The position numbers were made by a program, and so were the translations under genes. Of a stretch of DNA of 64,000 nt, positions 20,248 through 28,969 are shown piece after piece. The notes beneath the pieces were generated by a model. The model searched no databases. It saw only the letters and a program-made list of their open reading frames with translations, and had not been told where the DNA came from. Source of the DNA: an uncultured bacterium (lineage in GTDB: Bacteria > Krumholzibacteriota > Krumholzibacteriia > LZORAL124-64-63). The stretch covers positions 320,001 to 384,000 of the forward strand of contig CAVSGO010000005.1 of the NCBI GenBank assembly GCA_963727525.1, read 5' to 3'. Position 1 is the stretch's first letter, and each line of letters begins with the position of its first letter.

Positions 20248-21920
20248 GCCACGACCCTCGCCAGCTCGGCCAGGGAGGTCATGCCCGCGATAGCCTTGTC
20301 CAGCGCGTCCTGCAACAGAGTGCGCGTGCCGGTCTCTTCCGCCCGGGCGCCCAGCTCATCGGAGGTGGCACGCGTGTTGATCAGCGAACGGACGGCTCCG
20401 TCCACACGCAGGTACTCGAAAACGGCGTTGCGGCCGGCATAGCCGGTATCCCGGCACGATGGGCATCCCTTGCCGACGAAGAACGTGTGCTGCACCGGAT
20501 CCACACCGAGCTGGGTCAGCAATTCAAGTTCATCCTCGTCGGGATCGTGCCGCACGCGACACAGCGGGCACACCTTGCGCACCAGCCGTTGAGCGAGCAC
20601 CGAGATCAGCGTAGCCGACAACAGGAATGGTTCCACGCCCATCTCGACGAGACGGGGGATCGCGCCCACCGCACTGTTGGTATGCAGCGTGCTGAACACG
20701 AGGTGGCCGGTGAGGGCGGCGCGGATCGCCATCTGCGCCGTCTCCTGGTCGCGGATCTCGCCCACGAGCAGGATGTCAGGGTCCTGACGCAGGATGGATC
20801 GCAGTCCGGCTGCGAAGGTGAAGCCCTGCGCCGTGTTGATCTGAGCCTGATTGATCGACGGCAGCTCGTACTCCACCGGATCTTCCATGGTGATGATCTT
20901 CACGTCGGGCTTGTTCAGCTGGGCCAGCGCCGAGTACAGCGTGGTGGTCTTGCCCGAACCGGTGGGGCCGGTCACCAGGATGATGCCGTGTGGCAGCGAG
21001 ATGTCCCGCCGGAATGCCCTGTGCATCGCCTTGCTCATGCCCAGCCTGTCGAGGCCCACGATGAGGTTCTGCTTGTCGAGCACGCGGCACACCACCGTTT
21101 CGCCGTGCACGGTGGGAAACGTGGAGACGCGCAGATCGATCGAACGCTTGCCGAGGTCGTAGAGGATGCGGCCATCCTGCGGCACACGCGTTTCCGAGAT
21201 GTTCATGCCCGCCAGGATCTTCAGGCGCGTGGTCACCATGCTCTGCAGTTCCTTGGCCATGAACGGCCCCTGCACCAGACCGCCGTCCACGCGATACCGG
21301 CTGCGTACGACCCGTTCCTCCGGCTCCACGTGGATGTCGGTGGCACCGTCCTCGATGGCCTTGCGCAGGATCAGATCGACGAGCTTGATGAACGGCGAGT
21401 CGATCTCGCCGAGCTTCGCACCGGCCTCCACGGCGTCGCGCGCCTCGGTGATGCTCGCCTGCAGCAACGAGTCGGTGTCGCTCTTGGCGCCGTAGTAGCG
21501 CAGCAGGGCATCGGCGAGGTCCGACTCTGTCGCGTGCACGACCTCCACGTAGTGGCCGGTCATGCGCGCGACGGCATCGATGGTATCGAGGTCCAGGGGA
21601 TTCGCCATGGCAAGCGCGAGCGTCTTGCCCCTGATGGTCAACGGAAGTATGCGGTGCTCCTCGGCGAAGGCTTGCGGCAGCAGATCGATGGCCTCGCGCT
21701 GGATCCACTCCTCGGCGAGCGACACATAGCCCACGCCGGCCTGGTTGGCCAGGACGCGGCCGATCTCCTTCTCCGAGCAGATGCCCAGCCGCTGCAGGAT
21801 CGTGCCCAGCTTCTCGCGGGTCTGGTGCTGTTCCTTCAGCGCCTGCTCGAGCTGATCCTCGCTGATCCGTCCGGATTCAACGAGGATCTGCCCGAGCTTC
21901 TTCGTCCGTGTGACGACCAT
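20244..21920 (-). CDS. GspE/PilB/MshE assembly ATPase
   Basis: GPTGSGKTTT, EDPVEY, LRQDPD..VGEIRD, HLVFSTLHTN, tetracysteine motif, N-terminal MshEN-like repeats. Confidence 0.95.
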   Translation of the reverse strand: MVVTRTKKLGQILVESGRISEDQLEQALKEQHQTREKLGTILQRLGICSEKEIGRVLANQAGVGYVSLAEEWIQREAIDLLPQAFAEEHRILPLTIRGKTLALAMANPLDLDTIDAVARMTGHYVEVVHATESDLADALLRYYGAKSDTDSLLQASITEARDAVEAGAKLGEIDSPFIKLVDLILRKAIEDGATDIHVEPEERVVRSRYRVDGGLVQGPFMAKELQSMVTTRLKILAGMNISETRVPQDGRILYDLGKRSIDLRVSTFPTVHGETVVCRVLDKQNLIVGLDRLGMSKAMHRAFRRDISLPHGIILVTGPTGSGKTTTLYSALAQLNKPDVKIITMEDPVEYELPSINQAQINTAQGFTFAAGLRSILRQDPDILLVGEIRDQETAQMAIRAALTGHLVFSTLHTNSAVGAIPRLVEMGVEPFLLSATLISVLAQRLVRKVCPLCRVRHDPDEDELELLTQLGVDPVQHTFFVGKGCPSCRDTGYAGRNAVFEYLRVDGAVRSLINTRATSDELGARAEETGTRTLLQDALDKAIAGMTSLAELARVVA

Positions 21921-21944
21921 GCGCGCTCTCCTGCTCCGTCTTCG

Positions 21945-22601
21945 CTACTGCTGGTTCGAGCCGCGGATCACGTAACCGATGTCGTCGCCACTCACCTGTT
22001 CGTTCGTCTGCGCGTCGGCGAACGGTGTCTGGAAGCGGCCGTCGGGTCCCGCCGAGATCACCATCACGTTGTGCTGCGGCGCTGTGGCCACGTCGTTGCG
22101 CGCGTAGTACACATTGACAACGAACGGACGGCCCCAGGGATCGAGAGGCACGCGATCGAGGTACGGCCCGTTCCAGCCGGGACGTACGTGCGGGCTCGAG
22201 CTGGGCGTATACAGCGGGGTGTTGCCGCTGCCATCGGAGTTGCGAATCAGAAGGTTGTCGAGCGTGCCGGCAAGGCCGCGGCTACGCCACCCATTCGACG
22301 CGCCGTCGACGCCCGATGGCAGGCCGTTGTTGCCACCACCCATGTCGGCGTTGCCCGCCAGCCGCGCGAGGTCGTACGCCGTGTCGGCGTCGTACTGCAG
22401 CGGCCAGTCGCCCACGTCCTTATAGAACGCCGCCACCGCATTGCCGATGACCTGCGCGTCGCTCTGCGCGCGCGCGACCTTTCCCTCATTGAGGTTCTTG
22501 ATCAGCGGCGGCGCGATGGCGATGGCCATGATGGCCACGAGCGCTACGGCGATGATCACCTCGAAGAGCGTGAAACCTGCGTTGCGTCGAATACGGAACA
22601 T
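21945..22601 (-). CDS. GspG-like major (pseudo)pilin
   Basis: GFTLFEV, GWNGPYL..VPLDPWG, SAGPDG..DDI. Confidence 0.88.
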   Translation of the reverse strand: MFRIRRNAGFTLFEVIIAVALVAIMAIAIAPPLIKNLNEGKVARAQSDAQVIGNAVAAFYKDVGDWPLQYDADTAYDLARLAGNADMGGGNNGLPSGVDGASNGWRSRGLAGTLDNLLIRNSDGSGNTPLYTPSSSPHVRPGWNGPYLDRVPLDPWGRPFVVNVYYARNDVATAPQHNVMVISAGPDGRFQTPFADAQTNEQVSGDDIGYVIRGSNQQ

Positions 22602-22946
22602 GACGCTGCATCCTCCAGCGTTAAATGGCGTCGGCGCCGCGTCGAGCGACGGTCCGGGTCCAGGACATCGACCGCAAACTCGCGCGGTCGGCCCGGTGGT
22701 CATGACGACCCGGAAACGAATCCTCGGCCACGAAGTGCAAGACGCGGGCCGCGGGCGTCGGGACCCGGCCCCGGAACAAAAGCACGCGTAATCTGCATGA
22801 CCGCCGAGTAGCGACGGACCATCAGTAAAATCAAAACGCAGAGGGTTAAAAAATTAGCGAAACCGTGATGGTGGGGCGACGGGAGTCGGCGGCATGGCGG
22901 CGGAACGTCCCGGCAATTCCTTCCCCCACCAGGAATATCCCGCCCG

Positions 22947-23840
22947 TCAGCGGTAGCACCACGAGTCCACGTCCTGGTCCGCGAGGAAGGCCTCGGCCCG
23001 CCGCCCCTCGAGCAGGGCCAGCGTGGCGAGGATTCCGGCTTCGAGGCAGCAGTCGGCGACGACGGTGACCGATCGCGGCGCCTGGTGCACCGGCCAGCCG
23101 GTGCGGGGATTCAGGACGTGCGAGTAGCGGACGCCGTGGCGCAGCAGGTAGCGACGCGCGTCGCCGCTCGTGGCCAGTCCGCCGGCGGCCAGCGGGAGCT
23201 GGCGCCAGGCCTGACGATCGCGCGTGGGGTCCTCGATGCCGATCGACCAGTGGCCGGCGCCCGGCGGCCGCAGGGCGCGCAGATCGCCGCCGAAGTTCAC
23301 GAGCACCCCCTGCGGCGTGGCCTCGCCGAGTTGCTCGGCTACCCGGTCGACGGCGTACTCCTTGCCCAGACCTCCGAGATCGATCTCCATGCCGGCGGGC
23401 AGGACGAGCGTGGGCGGATCCCAGCGCACCCTTTCCCACCCGATCGCGGGCAGCAGGGCCTTGACCTGCGTCCGCGACGGCACCCGGTCGGATCCGTCGA
23501 AACGCCACACACGACGCAGGATCCCGGTGGTGATGTCGAAGCGTCCGTGGCTGAGGGTGTGGCAGCGGTCGGCGAAGGCCAGGAGTCCTGCGGTCTCCTC
23601 GTCCACGGTGACGGGAGCGCCGGCGCTGGTGTTGATGGTATGCACGACACTGTCGTCGCGGTAGCGGCTGTACTTGCGCTCGATGCGCCAGGCCTCGGCG
23701 GCTGCCTGCTCGGTCAGCCGCCGGGCCTGTTCACGATCGTCGACATCGATCAGGATCTCGCAGGGGCTCGCCATCGCGCGGAACCGGCCGACGCAATGCG
23801 TCTGGCCCGCGGGACGCTCGAGCGTGATCCCGTCGGTCAT
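22947..23840 (-). CDS. apbE: FAD:protein FMN transferase
   Basis: SRYRDDS, FDIT, DLGGLGKEYAVD, ATSGD, HVLNPRTG. Confidence 0.92.
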   Translation of the reverse strand: MTDGITLERPAGQTHCVGRFRAMASPCEILIDVDDREQARRLTEQAAAEAWRIERKYSRYRDDSVVHTINTSAGAPVTVDEETAGLLAFADRCHTLSHGRFDITTGILRRVWRFDGSDRVPSRTQVKALLPAIGWERVRWDPPTLVLPAGMEIDLGGLGKEYAVDRVAEQLGEATPQGVLVNFGGDLRALRPPGAGHWSIGIEDPTRDRQAWRQLPLAAGGLATSGDARRYLLRHGVRYSHVLNPRTGWPVHQAPRSVTVVADCCLEAGILATLALLEGRRAEAFLADQDVDSWCYR

Positions 23841-25147
23841 TTCAGGCCGAACGAGTACCCCACCTGGAAGATGACGGCATCCACGGTGGGAAACAGGTCG
23901 AACCCCTGCAGCCCGGCCGGCGCGTCCACGGGATGGCTGTCGCCCGTCTGCCAGTAATACTCTCCACGCACCGTAACCGTGTGGCCACTGGCCAGCGTGC
24001 GACCGTATTCGAGCCCCACAGTCTTACCCGTGAACTTGCCGAGGCGATAGTCAGCCGACGCGACGTCGGGTAGCGCCCCGCCAGTGAGCAGGTAACGGTG
24101 ATAGAAATCGGCCGCCGTCTGGCGGTACCAGCGCACGTGCGGCTGCAGGTACGCATTCTCGCCCAGGCCCCAGCGCCAGCGCGCCTCGGCGGTGTGCGAA
24201 TGGATGCCCCAATCGTCGTGGTAGAAGCGGTACGAGAGATCGAGGACCGACCAGCCGAAGTGGTGCTTCAATTCACCGAACACGGCCTGCCGCGTCCGCG
24301 ACTCGGGTCGCTTCTCGAAGATGTACTGCGACGGATCGCCGGACACGGGATCGACCACGCTCAGCAGCTTGTAAGGATCCGTCTGGTAGCCGCTGACGTG
24401 GCCGAGCGAGTAGCTGAACTGCACGAGTGTGCGGCGGTCGAGGACCTGGGTGAGGCCGAAGTTGGCATCGACCAGGTTCTTCTGCCCATCGCCGAGTGCG
24501 CCGGGCCGGTTGCCGCCCTCGTTCTCGCCCTCGCCTCCATTGGCAATGGGCGCCGGCATCACGTCGAATCCCACGGGACGGCCTCCCATGGGCCGCACGA
24601 TGTCGTGCGACAGGCTGAGCGAGGCGGCCAGGGTCGTGTTGCGCTTGAAAAAGTCGCGCGACAGCGACGTGCTCGCCCCCAGCGACGTGTAGTCGCGCTC
24701 GAACGAAATGTTGGCACCCAGGCCAAGGTTCGTGAGGCGATCCAGCGGCATCAGGTAATTGCCGTCGACCGCGAACCGCAGGTCCTGGAAGGTGTCGTCG
24801 AGAGGCGTCTCGCCGGCCGGCGTGGTGTAGCCGCTGCTGCCGGAAGGACTCGTGAAGGTCTGGGCGCTCGGCGCTGGCGTGGCGCCGTTGGCCGAAGCGC
24901 CGGAGAGGGCGTCGAGCACGACCTTGACCTTGCCCGTGCGACCACCCGTGAAATCCGACGCGGCCTCGAGCAGCGCCTCGAGGGCACCCACCCGGCCGGG
25001 TTCCTTGTAATAAAGCACCGCCGAATCGAGATTCGTCGTCTGGGCCGGTGCCGCATGCACGCCCACGAGGGTACACGCGGCCGCCAGGCCGGCGCGCAGG
25101 CCATGTCGCAGGCGTCCGTGTCCCGTTCTCGGATCAGTTGCAGCCAC
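23837..25147 (-). CDS. DUF3570 family outer-membrane beta-barrel protein
   Basis: GTG start overlapping DUF4266 end; DALSGAS, DPYK, RP..R, YRFYHDDWGI.SHT, SADYRL. Confidence 0.85.
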   Translation of the reverse strand: MAATDPRTGHGRLRHGLRAGLAAACTLVGVHAAPAQTTNLDSAVLYYKEPGRVGALEALLEAASDFTGGRTGKVKVVLDALSGASANGATPAPSAQTFTSPSGSSGYTTPAGETPLDDTFQDLRFAVDGNYLMPLDRLTNLGLGANISFERDYTSLGASTSLSRDFFKRNTTLAASLSLSHDIVRPMGGRPVGFDVMPAPIANGGEGENEGGNRPGALGDGQKNLVDANFGLTQVLDRRTLVQFSYSLGHVSGYQTDPYKLLSVVDPVSGDPSQYIFEKRPESRTRQAVFGELKHHFGWSVLDLSYRFYHDDWGIHSHTAEARWRWGLGENAYLQPHVRWYRQTAADFYHRYLLTGGALPDVASADYRLGKFTGKTVGLEYGRTLASGHTVTVRGEYYWQTGDSHPVDAPAGLQGFDLFPTVDAVIFQVGYSFGLK

Positions 25148-25406
25148 AGCCCCCACCCCCCGAACTGAGGCCGCCGGTGGATGCCTCCTTGCTGAAGTAG
25201 ATGTGGGCATCGATCGCGCTGTCCATCGGGCCGGCGCCAACGGCCATGGCATCCTGCGCCAGGAGGTCGCGTTCCCATGGCTGCACTCCCACGCTGCCGC
25301 AACCGGCCAGGGCCACGGCCAGCCCGAATCCGACGAGCACCAGCAGGAACATGCGCGGCCGGAGATCGCGCATCCTGGTGATCATGACATCAGAGTCCCG
25401 GGTCAT
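25134..25406 (-). CDS. DUF4266 family lipoprotein
   Basis: Lipobox LAGC; VQPWERDLLA; H..FSKE; C-terminal GGGCGCN; start uncertain. Confidence 0.88.
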   Translation of the reverse strand: MTRDSDVMITRMRDLRPRMFLLVLVGFGLAVALAGCGSVGVQPWERDLLAQDAMAVGAGPMDSAIDAHIYFSKEASTGGLSSGGGGCGCN

Positions 25407-25896
25407 GTTCGCCCCCTTCCGCCAGCAGTCCCGTCAACTCGGACTCGAGCGCGGCCACGTCGTCGGGATGGAATCCGAGGTGGGTGGCGCGCAGCTTGCC
25501 GCTGCGATCGTAGACGTAGCTCGTGGGCATGCCCTGGAGATCGAACGCTTCGGCAACCTTGCCGTCGGGATCGTAGACCACGGTCATGGGCGTGGGCAAT
25601 CCGGACAGGAAGCGGTCGGCGAGCTTGCGCTCGTGATCCACGTTCACGGTGACGATCGTCAGGCCCTGCTGGCCGTGACGTGTCTGCATCGTCCCCAACC
25701 AGGGCAACGACGCCTGGCAAGGCTTGCACCACGAGGCCCAGAAATCGACGACGACCACGTCGCCGTGGTGTGCCGCGAGCGCGAGGGAGGCCGGCGCCTC
25801 GTCCAGGCTAGCCGGCGGGGCGCCCATCGCGAACGCCGCCGTCAGGACGACGCCGAGCGCGGCACAGCCCGTTACGATGCGGTGGAGTAGAGTCAT
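25390..25896 (-). CDS. TlpA-family periplasmic thioredoxin
   Basis: VDFWASWCKPC, GMPTSY; signal peptide. Confidence 0.92.
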   Translation of the reverse strand: MTLLHRIVTGCAALGVVLTAAFAMGAPPASLDEAPASLALAAHHGDVVVVDFWASWCKPCQASLPWLGTMQTRHGQQGLTIVTVNVDHERKLADRFLSGLPTPMTVVYDPDGKVAEAFDLQGMPTSYVYDRSGKLRATHLGFHPDDVAALESELTGLLAEGGEHDPGL

Positions 25897-26014
25897 CAGG
25901 CTGACCTCCGGTGAGTGCCGATCGGGGTGGCAACGGCGTGGCAGCGGGCGTCGCGAGCGGGTTGAACCCTAGGTTTCAGGAGTTGTTCCGTCAAACGACT
26001 GTATTCGTAGACTT

Positions 26015-27355
26015 TCATCGTATCGCTCGCGCGTCGACGCCCGGCGCGGGATCGGGCACGGGCTGCTCTCCACCGAAGCGTACGCCGAGTTCCCGCAGGA
26101 ACGCGAACGGCGCGATGCCGCCCGCAAGGATGAAGACGTCGTCGTTGGGCACCAGCAGCCGGCCGCCGTCCTTCTCGAGCACGCACGCCTCGGGCTGGAT
26201 CTGCGCCACCGTGGTGCCACCGTGAAAAGCGATGCGTCCACTCGCGATGAGCGGCTGGATATGCTCCTGGTTGCGCTGCTTGATACGCAGCAACTCCGGT
26301 TTCCGGTACGAGAGCGTGACCTCGCAGTCGTCCTGGTGGGCCAGTCCCACGGCCGCCTCCACCGCCGAATCGCCGCCGCCCACGACGAGCACGCGGCGCC
26401 CGGCAAACGCCTCGGCGTCGATGAGCTTGTAGGCGACCTTGGCGAGGTCCTCGCCGGGGACATTGAGCTTGCGCGGCGTGCCGCGCCGTCCGAGGGCCAG
26501 GACGACGTGGCGGCAGCGCCAGGTATCAGAGGTCGCCTGTACGGTGAATTCGCCGACGTTACCGGTGACGCCCGTGACCCGCACTCCCGTGCGGATGTCG
26601 AGGCCCGAGCCAGCGTGCAGCTCGTTCCAGATCGCGAGCAGCTCCTCTTTCGAGTACTCGTGCTTGGGCAGGCGCCCGATCACCGGCAATTCCACCGGCT
26701 GCACCATGACCAGCTTGCGTCTGGGGTACTGCAGGATCGTGCCCCCGGCCCCTTGCTGGTCGAGCACGACGCACGAAAGCCCGCGCTCGCGCAGCACCAT
26801 GCCCGCAGTGATCCCGGCCGGGCCGGCCCCCACGACGACGGCGTCCAGGAGATCCGGGTCGCCGGGACTTCCGAGCGTCGCGATACGTTCGGCCACCAGG
26901 CGCCCCTGGGCCACCGCGTTGTTGATGAGTGCGAAGCCGCTCAGCTCGCCGGCGATCCAGAGGCCCGGCACCGTCGTCTGGTTATGCGCGTCGAGCAAGG
27001 GGATGTCGTCGCGCCGTGTGATGTCACCCAGACCTACCTGGATCGCCCCGACCGGACACGCCTCGGCGCACAGCCCGTGGCCGATGCAGCGCACGCCGTT
27101 GATCACGACGGCCTTGCCCATCACGATGCCCAGGACGTCGCCCTCAGGGCAGGCGCTCACGCAGGAGCCGCAACCGATGCACTGGCTGGCGTCAATCAGG
27201 GGATACTGGCCCGAGGGGCGATCCATGCCCAGCTCGCGCGTCATATGCAACCGCCGCGAATCCTGGCCGCGCCGGCGACGGAACTGGATGGCGTAGGTGG
27301 AGATGACCACCGACATGATCAGCAGCACGACAACCCAGATCGCGATCGATTCCAT
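26015..27355 (-). CDS. Membrane-anchored ferredoxin / FAD-NAD(P) oxidoreductase (TrxR/YpdA-like)
   Basis: N-terminal TM helix; CIGCGSCVSACP and CIGHGLCAEACP; GAGPAG; GGGDSAVE. Confidence 0.85.
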   Translation of the reverse strand: MESIAIWVVVLLIMSVVISTYAIQFRRRRGQDSRRLHMTRELGMDRPSGQYPLIDASQCIGCGSCVSACPEGDVLGIVMGKAVVINGVRCIGHGLCAEACPVGAIQVGLGDITRRDDIPLLDAHNQTTVPGLWIAGELSGFALINNAVAQGRLVAERIATLGSPGDPDLLDAVVVGAGPAGITAGMVLRERGLSCVVLDQQGAGGTILQYPRRKLVMVQPVELPVIGRLPKHEYSKEELLAIWNELHAGSGLDIRTGVRVTGVTGNVGEFTVQATSDTWRCRHVVLALGRRGTPRKLNVPGEDLAKVAYKLIDAEAFAGRRVLVVGGGDSAVEAAVGLAHQDDCEVTLSYRKPELLRIKQRNQEHIQPLIASGRIAFHGGTTVAQIQPEACVLEKDGGRLLVPNDDVFILAGGIAPFAFLRELGVRFGGEQPVPDPAPGVDARAIR

Positions 27356-27370
27356 GCGTCGTCCTCGCCG

Positions 27371-28969
27371 TCAGAACCGCCGCCGCCACTGCAGCAGCCA
27401 GCGGTCGCCCGCGATATCCCGGCCCCAGTCGCGGTGCACCTCGGCGCCGAGCGACCAGCCGGCGGTGAGGGACCAGTCGACGCCGACCTCGCCCCAGGAG
27501 CTGGACCGGCCACCGGCCCCGTCGATGCCGCGATAGCCGTAGTATCCCGCGGCGACACGGACGTCGAGCCCGCCGCGCGAGCGCCGCGCGAGCCCCAGGG
27601 ATGGCGACCAGCCGGAAAGATATGGACCGTCGAAACCGCGAAGCGCCAGGTCGAGATCCAGCCCGCGGGTCGGCAGGTTCACGGCATAGATCCGACTGCT
27701 CCACGAGTACACCGTCGTAGCGCTGGCGTCGTCGCGCCGTAGGCTCCCACGCAGGTCGAACGTCTTGCCGGGGGCGGGTCGCCAGGTCACGCCCGCGCCG
27801 AGGCCGCGGCGGCCGGCATCGCGGAATAGACTGTCCGGCAGAGCTTGCGATTCCCAGGTGCGCACGGGGTTGCGGTCGTCCCAGCCCAGGCTCAGAGCTA
27901 CCTGCCGCGACGCTCGCCAGCGGCCGGTGAGCGCCAGGCTGGACAGCGCGAGTCGCGTACCGGTGGCTTCGTGGCGCCAGCCGCGGTTCACGTCGACCTC
28001 GGCAGCCTGGAGCAGACTCAGACCCGACGCGTTGCGCCAGCTCGTCGTGATGGACACGTACTCGCGGCTGATCGCGCTGCGCCGGTAGCGCCCCACCGCC
28101 GACAGGACGACATCGAGCGCGCGGCCACGTGCTGTCCGCCCATCGATGTGGGCAGTGAACCCGACGAGTCGATCGTCGGTAGCGAAACCGAGATCCGACC
28201 AGCGCGGGGCGAAGCCGCCGAACAGCCCCACGCGCAGCGGTCCGGACACCCGCACGTCGGCGCGCAGGCCGTCGAAAGGGCCGGCGGCCGCCACGAGCCG
28301 CGAGCCGACGCGGCCGATCGCGTAGTTCCAGTTGCGGCGCGGGTCGTCCTGGACCAGCGCGATCTCGAGCACACGGTTGCGCCATTCCTGGCCGGGAACC
28401 GACGCGGTATAGCCTTGACGCGTCAGGTGCCGCAACCGGCCACGCGCTCGCAGCTCACGCCCACCTCCGAGTCCACGCACGAGCACGCGGAACGGCAGGG
28501 TCACGAGATCGCTGCTCAGTCCAACGTCCAGTTCCTCGCTCGTGTGATCCCACGCGAGTCCCAGGTAACCGGACATGTCGACGCCGGCGTTCGCCTCGGA
28601 CGTCGCCACCTGTCGCGTGCGTATGGACGCGCGCATGCGCTCCGGCGCGGGCGGTGGCGCCGGTGCGGGAGGCTCCTCGGTCACCTCCGGCACGTACGTC
28701 ACGACGTCGCCTGAAAGGATCTCGCCGGTCGCCACCACCACCCGGCACGAGGCCGAGTGGTCGGCCACGAAGACCACCTCCAGCTCGGCGATCTCCTTGC
28801 CATCGCGATGCACGCGCGGATGGTCGCCGAGGCTCACACCGCGCAACGTCCCCGCGTCGAGGTAGACGTGGTCGGCGGACACGTAGCGCACCTCGCACTG
28901 CGCGGACTGGCCGCGCGCGGGTGCGACGAGGGCAAACAGGAGGCCTCCGAGTATCAGCTGGCGCCGCAT
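27371..28969 (-). CDS. Putative outer-membrane beta-barrel (porin-like) protein
   Basis: Signal peptide, small N-domain, Pro-rich linker, alternating amphipathic strands, terminal Phe; coupled to cytochrome gene. Confidence 0.65.
   Translation of the reverse strand: MRRQLILGGLLFALVAPARGQSAQCEVRYVSADHVYLDAGTLRGVSLGDHPRVHRDGKEIAELEVVFVADHSASCRVVVATGEILSGDVVTYVPEVTEEPPAPAPPPAPERMRASIRTRQVATSEANAGVDMSGYLGLAWDHTSEELDVGLSSDLVTLPFRVLVRGLGGGRELRARGRLRHLTRQGYTASVPGQEWRNRVLEIALVQDDPRRNWNYAIGRVGSRLVAAAGPFDGLRADVRVSGPLRVGLFGGFAPRWSDLGFATDDRLVGFTAHIDGRTARGRALDVVLSAVGRYRRSAISREYVSITTSWRNASGLSLLQAAEVDVNRGWRHEATGTRLALSSLALTGRWRASRQVALSLGWDDRNPVRTWESQALPDSLFRDAGRRGLGAGVTWRPAPGKTFDLRGSLRRDDASATTVYSWSSRIYAVNLPTRGLDLDLALRGFDGPYLSGWSPSLGLARRSRGGLDVRVAAGYYGYRGIDGAGGRSSSWGEVGVDWSLTAGWSLGAEVHRDWGRDIAGDRWLLQWRRRF

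Noticed and set aside
21945-22601. Conductive e-pilin hypothesis
   Set aside because: Full-length GspG-like globular pilin, not a short Geobacter-type pilin
20487-22811. 774-aa plus-strand ORF
   Set aside because: Antisense shadow of the ATPase and pilin genes; expected in high-GC DNA; no motifs
22602-22946. Riboswitch or sigma54 site upstream of the pilin
   Set aside because: No convincing c-di-GMP riboswitch motif or GG-N10-GC spacing found by eye; an Infernal/Rfam scan would be decisive
25134-25150. Possible Sec readthrough at the DUF4266 GCGCN-TGA
   Set aside because: GCGCN is the normal family terminus, and the stop overlaps the next gene's start
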